In this document: positions 40,676-53,953 of the stretch, piece after piece
Position numbering within the stretch: the stretch's first letter is position 1
How the letters are laid out: each line of letters begins with the position of its first letter
NCBI RefSeq assembly: GCF_964204645.1
Contig: NC_134026.1
Coordinates: 6,533,950-6,597,949 of the forward strand
DNA from: Tubulanus polymorphus
Taxonomy: Eukaryota; Animalia; Nemertea
Direction of reading: 5' to 3'
DNA length: 64,000 nucleotides
Translations under genes and position numbers: made by a program
The notes under the pieces: model-generated
Database searches by the model: none
Told to the model about the DNA's origin: nothing
The model's input: only the letters and a program-made list of their open reading frames with translations

Positions 40676-41071
40676 TCACCGCGATTCATGAAGTCGGTTC
40701 CAATCGGACGAACCCGCTGAACCGTATTGTTTAGAACCACCGGCATTTCCATAGCGCTGATCCCCTTCCAGTTCACCTCGACACAGAACCACAACTAACA
40801 ACGCCGCCATCGATAATCCCCCGAACCCGACTAGAATCATTCCCGTGATGATACAAATATCCAAATCATCGGCTAAATTGGCGTAATATATTCCTAATTT
40901 CTCGTTTTCTCTGGCGCTCAGTTTTTGGTTGATAACGTGATCTCGCGGGGTCAAATAACCGACGCTTACCAAAACTATCCCGACCCCGATAGTCGCCAGA
41001 GCTACGAAACTTATATAATCCATAGTGTCGTTTGGTCGACTTCGACTAGTGGGCTGACAGCAGTCCGCCAT
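40676..41071 (-). CDS. TMEM74: TMEM74/TMEM74B (neurensin family) two-TM membrane protein, single coding exon
   Basis: 131-aa ORF with DY..F...TM1..GYLTPRD....SARENEKL..YYANL..DLD.CII.G..TM2..RGEL. This matches the TMEM74 core pattern (DYGF..Y.VPRE..AREMERLE...LD.CVIAGL...KGEL). Confidence 0.85.
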   Translation of the reverse strand: MADCCQPTSRSRPNDTMDYISFVALATIGVGIVLVSVGYLTPRDHVINQKLSARENEKLGIYYANLADDLDICIITGMILVGFGGLSMAALLVVVLCRGELEGDQRYGNAGGSKQYGSAGSSDWNRLHESR

Positions 41072-42407
41072 ATTAAAGAATGAGCGACGAGACTGCAGTA
41101 TGTTCTATTCAGATTACCGTTGAATTTTCCCGGTCAAGTTTTCAGCAGATATGACAAATTTCAGATACTTGCTATTATAGTCTTATGCTGACGTATATTT
41201 GTACTAGGAGTAATCATTTGCGAAATGATAACTCCAAGGTTTTTACTATTCCCTTGTATTACACTGAAGCTTCTTTCTCTCTGTTCTTTCAAAATGTAGC
41301 GTTTTTAAAAAGAAAGCACCACTCCGCGAAATAGATTCGCGTATTACGACATATCAGCTCCTAAAATCCCTCGCTGACTAGATCTTGTTTTCCTGGTTCT
41401 CGATGAAACCTCATGAAACGCTGGGTTTCGTAAAGGTCTTAAAAATAAGTAGCAAATGAAAACATAACGTCGCATCTGCGTCTTAACTGCGTTGAAAGGT
41501 GGTGAAACGGTAACAGGATTGTGGCATCACATTCCCGAGACTTCACATCAGATATATGCAGGAGACTTTGGTCGAATCATCGGCTAGAAATTCCGACATG
41601 ATTCTATTGTTACGCCTGTCACCCCGAATATTCGTCGCATTTTTGTCGCCTTCGCCTAAAAGCAGAGAATGAGAAAAATCGAAAGATAAGTATATATACT
41701 CTCTGAAGCGCTGAGATATACCCGCATACCGGTGACGGCTACAAGGGTAATCAATCGCTTTATGTCGCCGTAAAACCGTTCTACTTTTCACGTTACAACG
41801 AAGTTTTTCACGAAGTAATTCTGCACGCGATTGAAATACTGCATATCGTGAACCGTAAATTAGATTATATTTAATTCGTTTTATCAGTAAATGCGAATTC
41901 TGAAGAATCGACAGCCGGTGACGTATGGGGAATATCGAAAAAGCCAATGCGCTTTAAAGCTATGACTTTGGATACTCGTGTGGAAATAGAAACTCTCTGA
42001 AGCTGTTTAAATTCTGAATGACATCTTTTATAAAATCTTCTTACCATCCCTAAATGCCATGTACAACCCGATAAACCGGCATCCCCGCCTAATGCCAGGT
42101 TTTTTTGTGAAACAAATATCCGCATATTGCTTGTACTAGTCAGGATTAACCCCCGAAATACCGCCATACTCTCTTTACTGCAAAATCCTAGATCGCTGGC
42201 GTGGGGCGGGCGGTTTATCAGGTATCGACCTACTTAATAGACGCCTTCTGACTGGTAAACTCGATGACCGCTAGAACATTTTTCGAATAAAAAGTTTTAG
42301 TCCGTTATTGTCTCCTTAAGTTTATTATGAAAAATATGGTAATATTGACTAGCTGATAAGACTTCGTATATCTGCTTTAAATTGTCTTATATCGTTGCAC
42401 AATAATC

Positions 42408-42531
42408 GGTGCTGGCGTAGCAAAGGGGTTACTTCGATGTTCTAAGTTAGAGGATCTTGGGGTTCGAGTCCCGTAATTACGGGGCCCGAATCTGCCCTGT
42501 CTGTACCCCTTGCGCAATCCAGCATCGTTTT
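42408..42531 (+). ncRNA. Vault RNA-like Pol III small RNA, copy 1
   Basis: GGTGCTGG-CG-TAGCAAAGGGG(box A)-TTACTTCG ... GGTTCGAGTCCC (box B) ... GTACCCCTTGCGCAATCCAGCATC-G-TTTT. The 5' and 3' ends pair as a panhandle. Confidence 0.75.
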
Positions 42532-42844
42532 ATTTCAACTTTATCCGAATGCGTGGTTTATTGCCCTGGAAGGAAAGAAAAGCCCATTTGCGGGAGGCGG
42601 TCTTATTGATTGAATAACCACAGCTAAATCATGTATGTAGTGGTGCAAAAAATGTTGGTCTGGCGAAGCAACTAAATCATTCAATCGAAATTTTTCTGTA
42701 TGGGAAGTCATAATCGAAGGCCATTTTAATCCCATATATACGTGATTACGTGTTTCGATTTTTTCTAAGCCCATTCGCGTTTATACACGGTGGGCGGTCT
42801 TACATGCGGCACTATAAACGTTATAATGTGGTTGTGTAATAACC

Positions 42845-42984
42845 AGTGCTGGTGCGGCAAAGGGGTTACTTCGATATAAAAAAACGTCAAAAACTCTAAT
42901 GGAATGGATTTCCACTACGGGTTTCGAGTCCCGTATTTACGGGTTTCGATTCCCTTCTGTACCCCTTGCGCAACCCAGCATTTT
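42845..42984 (+). ncRNA. Vault RNA-like Pol III small RNA, copy 2
   Basis: AGTGCTGGTGCGGCAAAGGGGTTACTTCG ... TTTCGAGTCCCGTATTTACGGG ... GTACCCCTTGCGCAACCCAGCA-TTTT. A TATA-like element lies upstream. Confidence 0.72.
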
Positions 42985-43487
42985 ACTGTACAGGTAGCTT
43001 TAGTCAACCTAATGGTTTCATGGCCTGTTCGTTTTCTTTAAAATATGGACTTTTTGGCCCTATTTTAGGCTTCATATCAAAGCCCTACGTATACCTAGGA
43101 CCAGGTACACATACGACAGGCCTAGGATTTTGTTCAACATCTCAATAGAATTCATTTTTCAAAACCTTTTTCGGAATTTGAACGTCCTAAACCCCTGACT
43201 CCCCACGCTACGAGAAACACGGCATTAATTATTCCAGGAATTTTGAAATCGTTCTTTTTTCTATTTAAAAAAAGCCCGCCCGTCGAATTGGTTTTGATTT
43301 CCAATCAATGTGAATTGATTTTTCTATTCATACAGTTTAAGTATGTTTTTCTATTAAATAACTAAATCATTCATTTGAAGTTCAGGCATACTAAAAATCA
43401 TACAACGATCATTTTTCCGAACTAGGGATTCCTCTCTAATCGATGGATCATCCTCTGCTATATATGTTATAATGCGGGGAAAAACAC

Positions 43488-43622
43488 GATGTTGGCGTGG
43501 CAAAGGGGTTACTTCGTTGCATGAGAAACTCTAAATGTCGTTTAGAATATTTCTATGTGGTTCGAGTCCCGTATTCACGGATGTCGGATCATTCCTGTAC
43601 CCCTTGCGCAAACCAGCATTTT
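43488..43622 (+). ncRNA. Vault RNA-like Pol III small RNA, copy 3
   Basis: GATGTTGGCGTGGCAAAGGGGTTACTTCG ... GGTTCGAGTCCCGTATTCACGG ... GTACCCCTTGCGCAAACCAGCA-TTTT. A TATA-like element lies upstream. Confidence 0.75.
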
Positions 43623-44749
43623 CCACATTTTATATACATTATAGTTAGAAATGAGGACAAAATTAGATTGTTCATGCGATCTTTAGATGTTGATCCTAGA
43701 AGTCAAATGCACGTGGGGAGATAATTACAGCCCACTTACACCTGACAGGTCCGCCATCCCCATTACACGATAAATCCCGATGTGATGCTCAACGGGCTAA
43801 TAGAGGAAACAACATTAGGCATACGCATACATATTTACTTTTTGTAAATGAAAATGAAAAAATGGCCGTATCTTCGTAGTAAACACGATCGGGCTCCGGC
43901 GACCGATTCAGAGATGAGATTTGCATATCATTTACATAATATTTACACAGACAATATACTATATACGATACGAGACTAGTCTTAATCTCCTCCGAAAAAA
44001 ATTAACCTACACACCATCCCCTTTTGAAAGCACAAAGTCATGTAGACACGTAAAAAAAGTCGGAATATTTTTTGTCATAGCCCTGATATTTACATATATA
44101 TTTGTAAGCACGCATGGGTCTGCTGCTACTTACCGTCTCTATACGTTAAAAGGATATTCTTCTTCTTCGCAGCAGCATTCCTTCATTTATTCCTTTACAA
44201 AATTACTACTAAATACTGCGCGGTATATACCACCAACGATATATAGACACTTATAATGAATTACATGATTTTACTGGAATCGATTGACAACAGCTGTGCG
44301 TCTAGCGGTTACTGAAGGGAGATATAGTGACAACAGATGACTCCATATATGAACTGTTATTTTATTTGTTTAAACGAACCCCCGCGATCGATCACTCAGA
44401 TAACTCTCATCAGCCGTAATGTGTCCATTCAAAATACCCTCCCCCGTTTTAAACGATTAAAACGATAGCCTATCGTTACAACGTTTCACATTCCGACAAT
44501 GCTAAAAACCAAGAACCAGCGTTACATTTCTAAAGTAAATTTCCTGCGACAGGTCTAATGAACCAATTCGCTTCCGTATAACTTATTGAATTCTGGCAGG
44601 ATAAAGATAAGATTCATATATTTCTATATGTTGAAGTTTTGTAATCGGGATATAAAAATAGCATTGATCATTCAGGAACTCTAGACGTCATTTCAGCAAT
44701 CGATTCTTTCTCCAGACTGTCAAACCGCCAGGTGGTGGCTTTGGACAAA

Positions 44750-45208
44750 TGCTACAGGATGATAAACTATTGGGTTAAAACAGTATCTGGAAAGCAAACC
44801 AAACTTAATTCAATACTTTATAAAATATCTTTCAATTTATTTTTAAGGGATATATTTAAGAGCCCTTGTTTATCACTGTTTGGCTGTACCTTACTTAACG
44901 AACCCCGCAAAAACTATTTGAATTTGAATACCTTTAATACCCTTATATATTCTGAAAAACCCAACGGTCAAATTAGCTAAATTCATTAAGACCGGCTTAG
45001 ATGTATATAGATCCCTCCAATAGTATATATAGTATTGTAAATAGTTGATGTATATATATTTTGTTACGTTTTCGTTCTCTAAATTTTAACCACTTCAGTA
45101 TTGTTTTGTAAATATTTGTATATACATGTGTAATAGTTTTCCTCCATATACCATGGAAATGGTTGGAGTGTAAATAAAATCGTAATCGTAATCGTAATCG
45201 TAATCGTA
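44750..45208 (+). mobile_element. 3' end fragment of a non-LTR retrotransposon (LINE) with tandem-repeat tail
   Basis: Degenerate ORF end (RMINYWVK.VSGKQTKLNSILYK..; KNPTVKLAKFIKTGLDV), a 3' UTR ending GGTTGGAGTGTAAATAAAA, and a (TCGTAA)n tail. It is homologous to 9600-9845. Confidence 0.65.
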
Positions 45209-47611
45209 AGCTAAAAATACGTCGTGGTTTGTTGGATCTCCACCGTCACCCAGGCTAAATGCAGTGGCTTGCAGTAAACTATTTATTACATTAAGAAGCT
45301 CCACAAACAGTTCAGAAAGTGATGAAAAAAGTTCTTGAAGTACGCATACTAGAATAAATGAATTTGAGCTATGTTTCGGCCATCATAGCCAATAGCCATC
45401 ATCTGGCATGGGTATGTCTCGGCACCATGACTTTCAGAGAGTTAAGCGTGCCATACGGGCGCTGCTCCGTCATTCGGTGTCGTTGGGTTTTTTTTATCTT
45501 GTAACCCTATTTTTGATAGACAATGATGATTACCAACCGCGAAATTCCACGACGAACACGTTTTCGATAAACTGACTTTTACACGCAATGAACTTTTCGA
45601 AATTAAAAAAAAACACCGCTTTATAATACCACGCCACGTCCACGAGTAAAACCTCCGATGACCTCCATAATAAGTAAATTAATACCGAGTCGAATGAGGT
45701 TAAAGGAACAGAAAGCGAATGAGGTATCGTCAATAATCCAATCTTCTTTACGCCGAATATCTTTCACAGTTTAAGCAAACAAATAGTGCAAGGTCAGTGA
45801 TTCAAAAAACACTGTACAATTCAGTCAAGTGGTGCCAACTGGAGCCTTGAATGAATAAAAATTCATAATTAGTCCCATATCCGTGACACAGTTGCTCTCA
45901 TTAGCAACTTGTTGTAATTGTTAATCATCCTTAAATATCTGTAATTAGTGTTTATATATGTTCTTACGATATATATGAACATTGAACAAATTCAACTTCA
46001 ACGAAGTGTGTTTTTTTTAATCATTTTCATATAAGAGTAATAAGCATAAGACATGAGAGTTGTCCCTGTACCCGGGCATGATTTTCTCTTCAAACTGTTC
46101 AAAAACTATAAAACAACATCTAGTGAATCAGGCAAATGGCTGCATGTCCCATTTACATAACTTTCTTTCTGGAGTAGTTAGTAGATCATATTCCTTCTCA
46201 GTGTAATTAACTAATAGATTAATTCGAGGCAGCAACGATACTTCCGAAAAGCTTTAGGCTTGAGAGTTGAAACATTAATAAACGAAAGGTAGAAAAAAAA
46301 ACATCCATATACGTCCAGTCTGATTAATAGTAGACAATGGAAACCTGAATACAGAAATACTCGATAAACATGGTTCCCGTTCTGTCGACTCAAGTATTGC
46401 TTTCAATTGACTGAATTTTTGTGGTTTTGCGCCAAAAACGATGAATCAACAAAACGCGTGTCGGCGAAGAATCTCCAGCGACCGAACAAACAATCCGCGA
46501 TATTTCAGCTCGTAACCGATCAAAGTGGGTAAATAAATATCGGCAAAGAAAGAATATCAGCGACACAAATATCATTAAAAAACGTTCCTGTAACGAACGT
46601 GAAACGATACTTGAAATATGTAGATCGCAAACAACATAAAAACCAGACATGTAGATAGATACTCATTAATATGCTGTACAGTAGCGAGGTTCAATACCTC
46701 ATATAGGAGAAATGTGCAATGTTGCTTTCGAATAATGAATTTTCAGCAACTTGTAGAGAATACTTAACTGGACTTTAGCCCGAGATGTACGAGATCGTCC
46801 TTGTTTGTTTTTAAGTAACTTATAACCGCAAGTTCAGAGGGTTTCACCGATTCAAAAATCGAAACAAAGATCTTAAAATTGACGCAAGATAGTTTTATAG
46901 CTAGATAGAATCAGCAGCGTCACTTAATTCATGGAATGATTTCGTTTTGATGGAAATTGGCTGATTTTAAACCGTTTAGAACCTATTTTTGGAGACTGAT
47001 ATTTAAAGAGGTTAACTCACGAGGAATTGAGTTAACCCCGGAGTCCATAGTTCAAAGGTTTTCGGTTTCATTTGGTCTTTAAAGCGCCAGACCCGACGGT
47101 TAGGTTCATATCGTGTTCCAGTAACTGTGTTCAACTTTGAAATTTTCTCAGCCATAAAACTAATAACAATTCATTAAACGTTTAAAATGTTTACGGGTAT
47201 AGTTTTGATTTATACTATCAGTGTGTATTTGTAAACGGAGCGAGTATGGCAACCATGTTTCCAAACGCATTTTTAAAAGGATACAACAACACCCATCTAT
47301 GGGAAGTGCTTTGGTTCGGTTAAGTAAATAACCATTTTTATCACAACTAAAGCAAAATCTACTAGCGGAGGTCTGTGCATAATGGACGGGGCACTGAAAT
47401 TGTTGGGATTCGAACCCAGCTGTGCAAATTTTTCTGATAGTCCGAACTTTTAGGGCAGGATTGCGGTATTGTGCGGCCTTCTAGAATTATTATCAATGGC
47501 CATCTCAAAGAACAGATGATGACTTGGACTGGTATTTTGCAACATTCATTGTATCCTGGAAGAGAGTCAATATCAAGGGCGAATTCTACACGATGGTTGC
47601 AAATGTACCAA

Positions 47612-47890
47612 TCAGCTGCTTACAGTGTGCGGGCAACACTTCAAATGGCAAGCGGGTTCGAGTCCGGCTTGCTGTTTACAGTGCTATCCTCGCTTGCCAG
47701 AGGTCCGGTATCGCTCCCCAAAATTGCTTAGGGGAACAGCTTTAGCGTAGTCGGTTGGAATTCCTTGACGGGTGAAGATGACAGTGTGCGGGAAACACTT
47801 CAAAGGCCGTCCCGTCGCGGGGTTTAATGAACAATCCAATACAGTTAGTAGGCTTAAGAGACCAAGATCCAAATGACGTAAAAAGCGGCA
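47612..47890 (+). mobile_element. Rearranged SINE copy/copies (same family as 20040-20240)
   Basis: B box GGGTTCGAGTCC at ~47654, a duplicated ACAGTGTGCGGG.AACACTTCAAA (47622, 47781) and body CCCGTCGCGGGGTTTAATGAACAATCCAAT. Confidence 0.6.
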
Positions 47891-50705
47891 CAGGCCTTAT
47901 ATTGACTTGCGTCGGTTCTTTTGAAATGCGTCATTCAACGCGCAGCTAGAAACATTACACGCTAAATATAGAGCCGCACAGTATTAATAAACATTAATAA
48001 CTACGTATATCACTAGTTCGTCAGTTATCTCTCTCATTTTATGACCTGTAATATAAAAATGTCCAGACAGATAATAAACAGTTGATTAATTATCGATTGT
48101 AAATAACAATTCAAGTGTCGTAGTAGAACTTTTACGATGATTACTATTCCACTTTGCTCGCGGGGTCAATCCGCGATATGTGCCAATTCATTTGTGAAAC
48201 TATTAACGGTAATTTAGCTTTAGATCGAAGAAATTTATTGAAAATGAATATATAATTGATGAATGAAAATGAATACGAAGTTGGACATTGATTATTATCA
48301 TCATACGTATATACATATATCCACGACTCTTGATTTGAAGAGTAGTTTTTCGATGGGAACGATTCATTAGGTTCCGTGTACTCGAAACGTACTTGACAAA
48401 GTTATCAAAATGTTCAGGTCACGATGATTCTATTTGGAAGTCAGCGGTGGTTTTTTTTTATTTCTACTATAACTACTACGAACTCCTATTCACTCGGGGC
48501 TTTTTAGGTCGTTCGATCGACAGTGAACCGCTCTTTTCGTGTGTAGTGTCACTGGTGAAACATGTAGTACTAATTGGTGGTGAATATACGCTATAGAGAC
48601 ACGGCGAAGAAGAGAGATGAGAGAGAGGGAGAGAGAGAGGGAGACAGTTTATTCAACAATATGTTTTCACTGGCATAGATATTTTTCGCGTGTATGATGT
48701 TATATACAACCGAGCAGCGCAGAGCGGTTGAGGTGGATTGATGATCCTCGTGCGTGCCGCTGCCGGCGTCTGTCAGTCAATCGTACTCACGAACCGACGC
48801 ATCCGGAAAATACCAGCCGCATTTCTACTATCCGAGCCGTCGTGAAAAGAACCTTTCTAATCAAGTTGGATGGAGAATTAAGTCGACCGTAACGACCCCT
48901 GGTGATCTATATTTCAGTTATTACGGACGGTTAACATTAGCAAGGTCACTAGACATCGCGCGAGTTAGTTCAGTGACAGGACGTCTCGGTCGTCGCCTGC
49001 GTTTCGTGTCATCCGTCAAAATCATGTTCGTTGCGACGTGCTGAAACAAACTACGCACACGATTCACGCTTTGATCATTACGAATTGCGATTGTATAAAA
49101 ATGTTTTTGTTGCATTTAATTCTACTTTGATATTGATAATTGTATACTGTTTGCGGACGGGAACTACGCAACTCAAAGCGTTTATTTGTGATTAAAAAAA
49201 CCATGCCGTATATTCTAAGGTAGGGCACATATTTGCACGCTATGTATTTGTAACATTTTTATTCAATCTTCCCGCCAATAATCAGTAATACTGATTAGAG
49301 AGAGACCACCAGCTATTAGTGTTTACGTGACATAGAAACCGGACAGATAGAAACGCACGGCGGGGCCTTGGTTTTTAAAAACGTTCGTCAAAATCATCGT
49401 TTTTTTTATCATGTGTCATTCATTGTAGAATGATTAACGGGAAAAATGACCGACAAACTGGCGGGTTTATTCAGTTCGCGGTACTAGGTTCTGCTGTCGA
49501 ATAAATCAACGAAAAATCCAACCCTAGGCATCCGCAAACATCGACGCCTAATTTCATTCATATTTATTAGACTCAAAAATGCATGGCCTCCTTTTCTGAA
49601 AATGGCTTCTCTGATTTATTAAGCTGGGAAAGGCAATGTGGCATCGCGCATTACTAACAAAAACGATATATAAAACCCGTCGACCCGTCCTAGGCGACAT
49701 GCGGCCACCGGCTGGAGTTCAAAATTCAACATTGGCGGAAAAAATACTTCTCGCAGACCCACAAATACTATTCAAAGCCTATCTATTATCGTCACCCTTG
49801 AGGCCATGGCGTCGGATGTACTTCGAAATATTCTTTTTTTCTATGTTTCATTCTATGTTTTGATTTTTATTTTGAAGTCAGCAGTTTGGAATGCGAGACA
49901 TACATCTGTATAGTAGATTCGCATCTTTAAACATCAAACCGCGATACTTTAATCAGTGAAAACATCACAACCCGATGATCTGAGCAGAGATGTAGTCACA
50001 ATTGTACATAGTGTGATAGCATGTTGTAACATATAGTCATATATGTATATATGTAGGATATCAGTCTGTGGATGTGTTTTTGATACAAGTATATATAATG
50101 TGTGTAACTGCAGGGGTTGTCGTTAGACCAGTAAAAATACTGAAGATCAACAGATCATTTCACATCTGTACCACACTGAGAACCAAAAAATAAAAATTGT
50201 TTTAACCTCTTTTTCCCGCGCGTAACCGTAAATAAAAGGCCGTACGCTCTAACACTTAATCACGCTATACACTTGTAACAATTTTCACCAACAAAAATTA
50301 TTTTGGCCTCATCGCTGTGGTTTCGGGTGTGAACGAATAAAAAATAGATATCCATTAATGAAAAAAATAACAACTGATATTTACATATGTATGGACCGTC
50401 AGTGTTGACTGAAGATATGTTTTTTTAACTCTTTTCGCAGTGGTTGCGTGCTATGTTAAAGCTTTCTATGTTTTTACCTCAAACATTTTCTATCGCTGAA
50501 AAAATTGTGTATTATGATTGCGAAGGTTGATAGAAATTCTTTTAACACAAAAAAAAACATTATTTTCTGATTCGCCGAAAGCGAAATCCACAAAAATCGA
50601 AGATTGAAGATTTCACAAATTAAAAGGTTAACTGGGACGCGAACGGTTCGGCTATTTTGGCGAATGAAATAATTCTTAGGTCACACACCAATGTGAACAC
50701 CAGCT

Positions 50706-50940
50706 GGACCCAGTTTCACAGTTGTGAGTTAGGGTTTACTCCGAGTTCTAAGTCATTTCATTTTCGAAGAGTTAACTCAAGTATCAAACGTTAACTGACA
50801 ACTGTGGAACTGGGTACAGGTAACAGTTGCTCAAAAGTTGGTTAAAGATAACCGGTGGATAAATACCACAGTAACAACTTAGTTATTGTCACTTATATGC
50901 CAACTAACCACTGGTTAACCAACTTGTGAGCAACTGGCCC
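50706..50940. mobile_element. Two adjacent short palindromic MITEs (CCAGTT..CAC/GTG..AACTGG termini family)
   Basis: GGACCCAGTTTCACAGTTGTGAGTTA...TAACTGACAACTGTGGAACTGGGT, followed by CAGTTGCTCAAAAGTTGGTTAA...TTAACCAACTTGTGAGCAACTGGCCC. Confidence 0.7.
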
Positions 50941-53900
50941 CAGCACTTCACACAGTCAGTGACGGCGCAGGATCGTTGCTCACGATTTACGATTGATCGT
51001 TTATGAAATAATAGCCGGCTTGTTGTCTATACAGTGGCTATAATTAGGCCACTGTCGTCGTCGTTGATTAAAAACTCTCATAAAATGTCCAAATTTGTTG
51101 GTATGTATCTGAATGTGGCGCGGTCTGAACGTGTCGATTAACACAACATTCAGTTTAACCAATATTCATAATTACCAGGAATAATTAGAGAGATAGATAG
51201 CGAGAGAGAGGGAGGGAATTATGTTGGAGGGAGTTAAGTGGTTTCAGTTATTCGACCGCTCGTTGGTCTAATCCCAGTTGAAACCGATCGCGACGGGTGA
51301 CTTTTTTTCACAACGCACTCGATTTTTTTCCTCGCTTCCCGATAAAAAGGATCTAGATAGCTATTGATTGCGTGTCTCTTGTGATGTTCGAGGCTTGACT
51401 CTGTAAATGGAGTTTTAATACCCACGGAAATGAACCGGCGAACCTTTCAAATTATCTGAATGGCCATTCAAACAGCTTGCGGGATTTTCAAGTGTCATCG
51501 GTAAGTGAAGCTATTAGTACTTAAAAAAGACACTTTTTTATTGGGTATTTTTTTTAAACCGCAATTTTTTTTTCGTACTGGGTGAAGTTTGCACTGGATG
51601 TATTCAGACTTGAATCATCCTTTATCTATAACGGCTGCATCAGCGGTGGACACTTAACATTTTATGGTTGAAATATTACCAAATAAATCTTACGCTATCG
51701 ACAGACATTACTTGAACAATGCAAACCTTTTAGAAACTGGTTCGATGATTTACAAGATTCGTAGTTCAATAAAGTATGTTCAAACTATAAACTAGACATC
51801 CGGGCATTCATTTCATACGACGATTTATCAGGTTCGAGTGAATAAATCTTTTTAATAAGAATAAATTGGCATTTCCGAAAAAAAATACGACAACAGCTAC
51901 TCATTGTAGGGGGGATGATTAAAATGAGAATTTTGATTTACTCTGTCAGAATTCACACCCCGTAGAAGAGAATAGACGCCGTGAACCACGACACGGAAAA
52001 CCAGTTCTTACAAATTGGCGAGAACTTGAAAAATCTTCTTTTTGTAAGATACAGTCTTCCGTTGTGTTTCAGAAATGTAAGGTTATATAAAGGTTATATG
52101 ATAGACATGTCTACGGGTATTGAGCAAACAATCTCTAGTTACAGCTTCGTGTTTACGCATATTGAGAGCATTTTTAAGAAATTTCTTTGAATTTTTTTCT
52201 ACATGTATCATTTTCGGTCGGTTGCGAACGTGCGTTTTTTTTGTCGAAGCTAGATATTTACATTTCTACAGCCGATATGACACGTTTATTCGTGTTATTT
52301 TCGGGTCTTCTATCCATCACACTGCGAACTATCTATATTTCTCTTTCAGTAGATGTTAGTTTTTAATATTCGGTGTATAATGATTGAGATGATGAATAGT
52401 GGTTTCGTATGACATTAACTTACAGAATAGGTCGTTATTATATTGATGAGTATGACTTAATTTTCGGTATTTATTCCAATCATATTGAAGCACTTAATTT
52501 GTCTGCTATCATTATACACTTATTCTCCATGTCACTGGTCGATTTATATTATTTGTTGATGTTCCGTACTTTAAGCCAACTTTTCTGATTTCACCCTCTT
52601 TTTAGTTGTTCTCGTTAAAGTGACCGTGAACCTGTTTTTATGTGTAGGAGATAACAACCAGAACAACCGAAACAACCGGAACGATTGAAGCTACTCAAAA
52701 CCCCTCTGTTAGTATAGAGGTTACGCAACAGAGTAACACTTTTTAGACCAGGGGCCCAGGGGCATGGAAAGCTGGAAAGGTTACCAATTTCTGCGCGAAC
52801 ATTAATAAATGTTACCAATTTCTAGCGTAACCATATACAATGTTCAATAGGGCATGGATTATGGAAACGCATTTTGGCGGGTATCCTGTGGTGGGTTAAG
52901 GTACCATTTATGATTTTAAAATGACTAGATCAGCTTTTGATGGTTCCTCGTTTTTAACAATTGGTCAGATGGATTGGTTGTCAACCTGTGACTCTTTACC
53001 TCGTTCTAGACCAAGTGCACTTAGCAGAGTGATAGAAATTGTAGTCGGGATAAAATCTGGAAAATAGTAACTCATATTTGACACAATTTCGAGCCCACTT
53101 AAGTCCCAGCATTCGCTTTTCGTCCACCGTCCGCCCATTCACAGATTTTTCTTAATACTGGATCAATGCCCAGCATTGTCATGTCACCTCTGGAATTGGG
53201 TCACCTACGCTGACCAGACTAACTGACAATGAGTCAGTCGCCAGAGTTGTTTGACACAAGACAGACATGCGGCAAGCCCAGATTCAAATCTCAGCTTCTA
53301 ATTCCATTTTTTTGTTTGTGTTTTCAGTAGAAAATGTAAAAATTAAATCTTAGAAATAAAGAACTGCCCTTGAGAACTCCTGGCTACTTGTCCTCTCTTT
53401 ATTTATCTGGTTGAACCATGACCTGTGTTTACCCTATATAAAACTAACTGATAGGTATTTTCCAACCCATTCAGATTTATTACTATGATAATTCACCATT
53501 TACAATGAATTATTGTACAAATATTGATTTCTAATTTACATTTATATTTTACACAATAATGAACTTGGGTTAGTTCTATACCTGACATGGCATGGCATTT
53601 GGTATATGGCATGGCATGCCAAGACCATCAAATAGAATTTGATATTTTTCATTTACATGTTATTATTGCAATTAAAAACTGGGCACTATTGGAGTGATAA
53701 ATTAGTTCACAAGTAGTTTACATAACGGGGAGGGATGTCAGAGTTCAGGGCAGTGGCTGAAGTTAGTAAACAACCTACGTAAATACTTACGTCGCACATA
53801 AGACATTGAATCCGCGAGAAGTCGTTAGTATTATTCTAAAGACAGTGGAATATCTCGAATCGGATCAAACACCCTAGAACGGATTAACCATAATTACGGA

Positions 53901-53953
53901 ATTAACAAACCCAACAATACAACATTGGTGGAGAATACAGATCCACAACAGCA

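Noticed and set aside
42408-43622. The three repeats read as tRNA genes or a CRISPR-like array
   Set aside because: There is no cloverleaf or anticodon arm and ~50 nt follow box B. The spacing and eukaryotic context do not fit CRISPR.
47470-47925. Candidate novel Pol III structured RNA (hairpin with B box, ends in TTTT)
   Set aside because: The body matches the SINE at 20040-20240, so it is best explained as rearranged SINE copies.
48600-51505. Possible promoter and 5' UTR exons of the collagen-like gene (GA tracts, donor at ~51501)
   Set aside because: Plausible, but they cannot be supported without transcript data.
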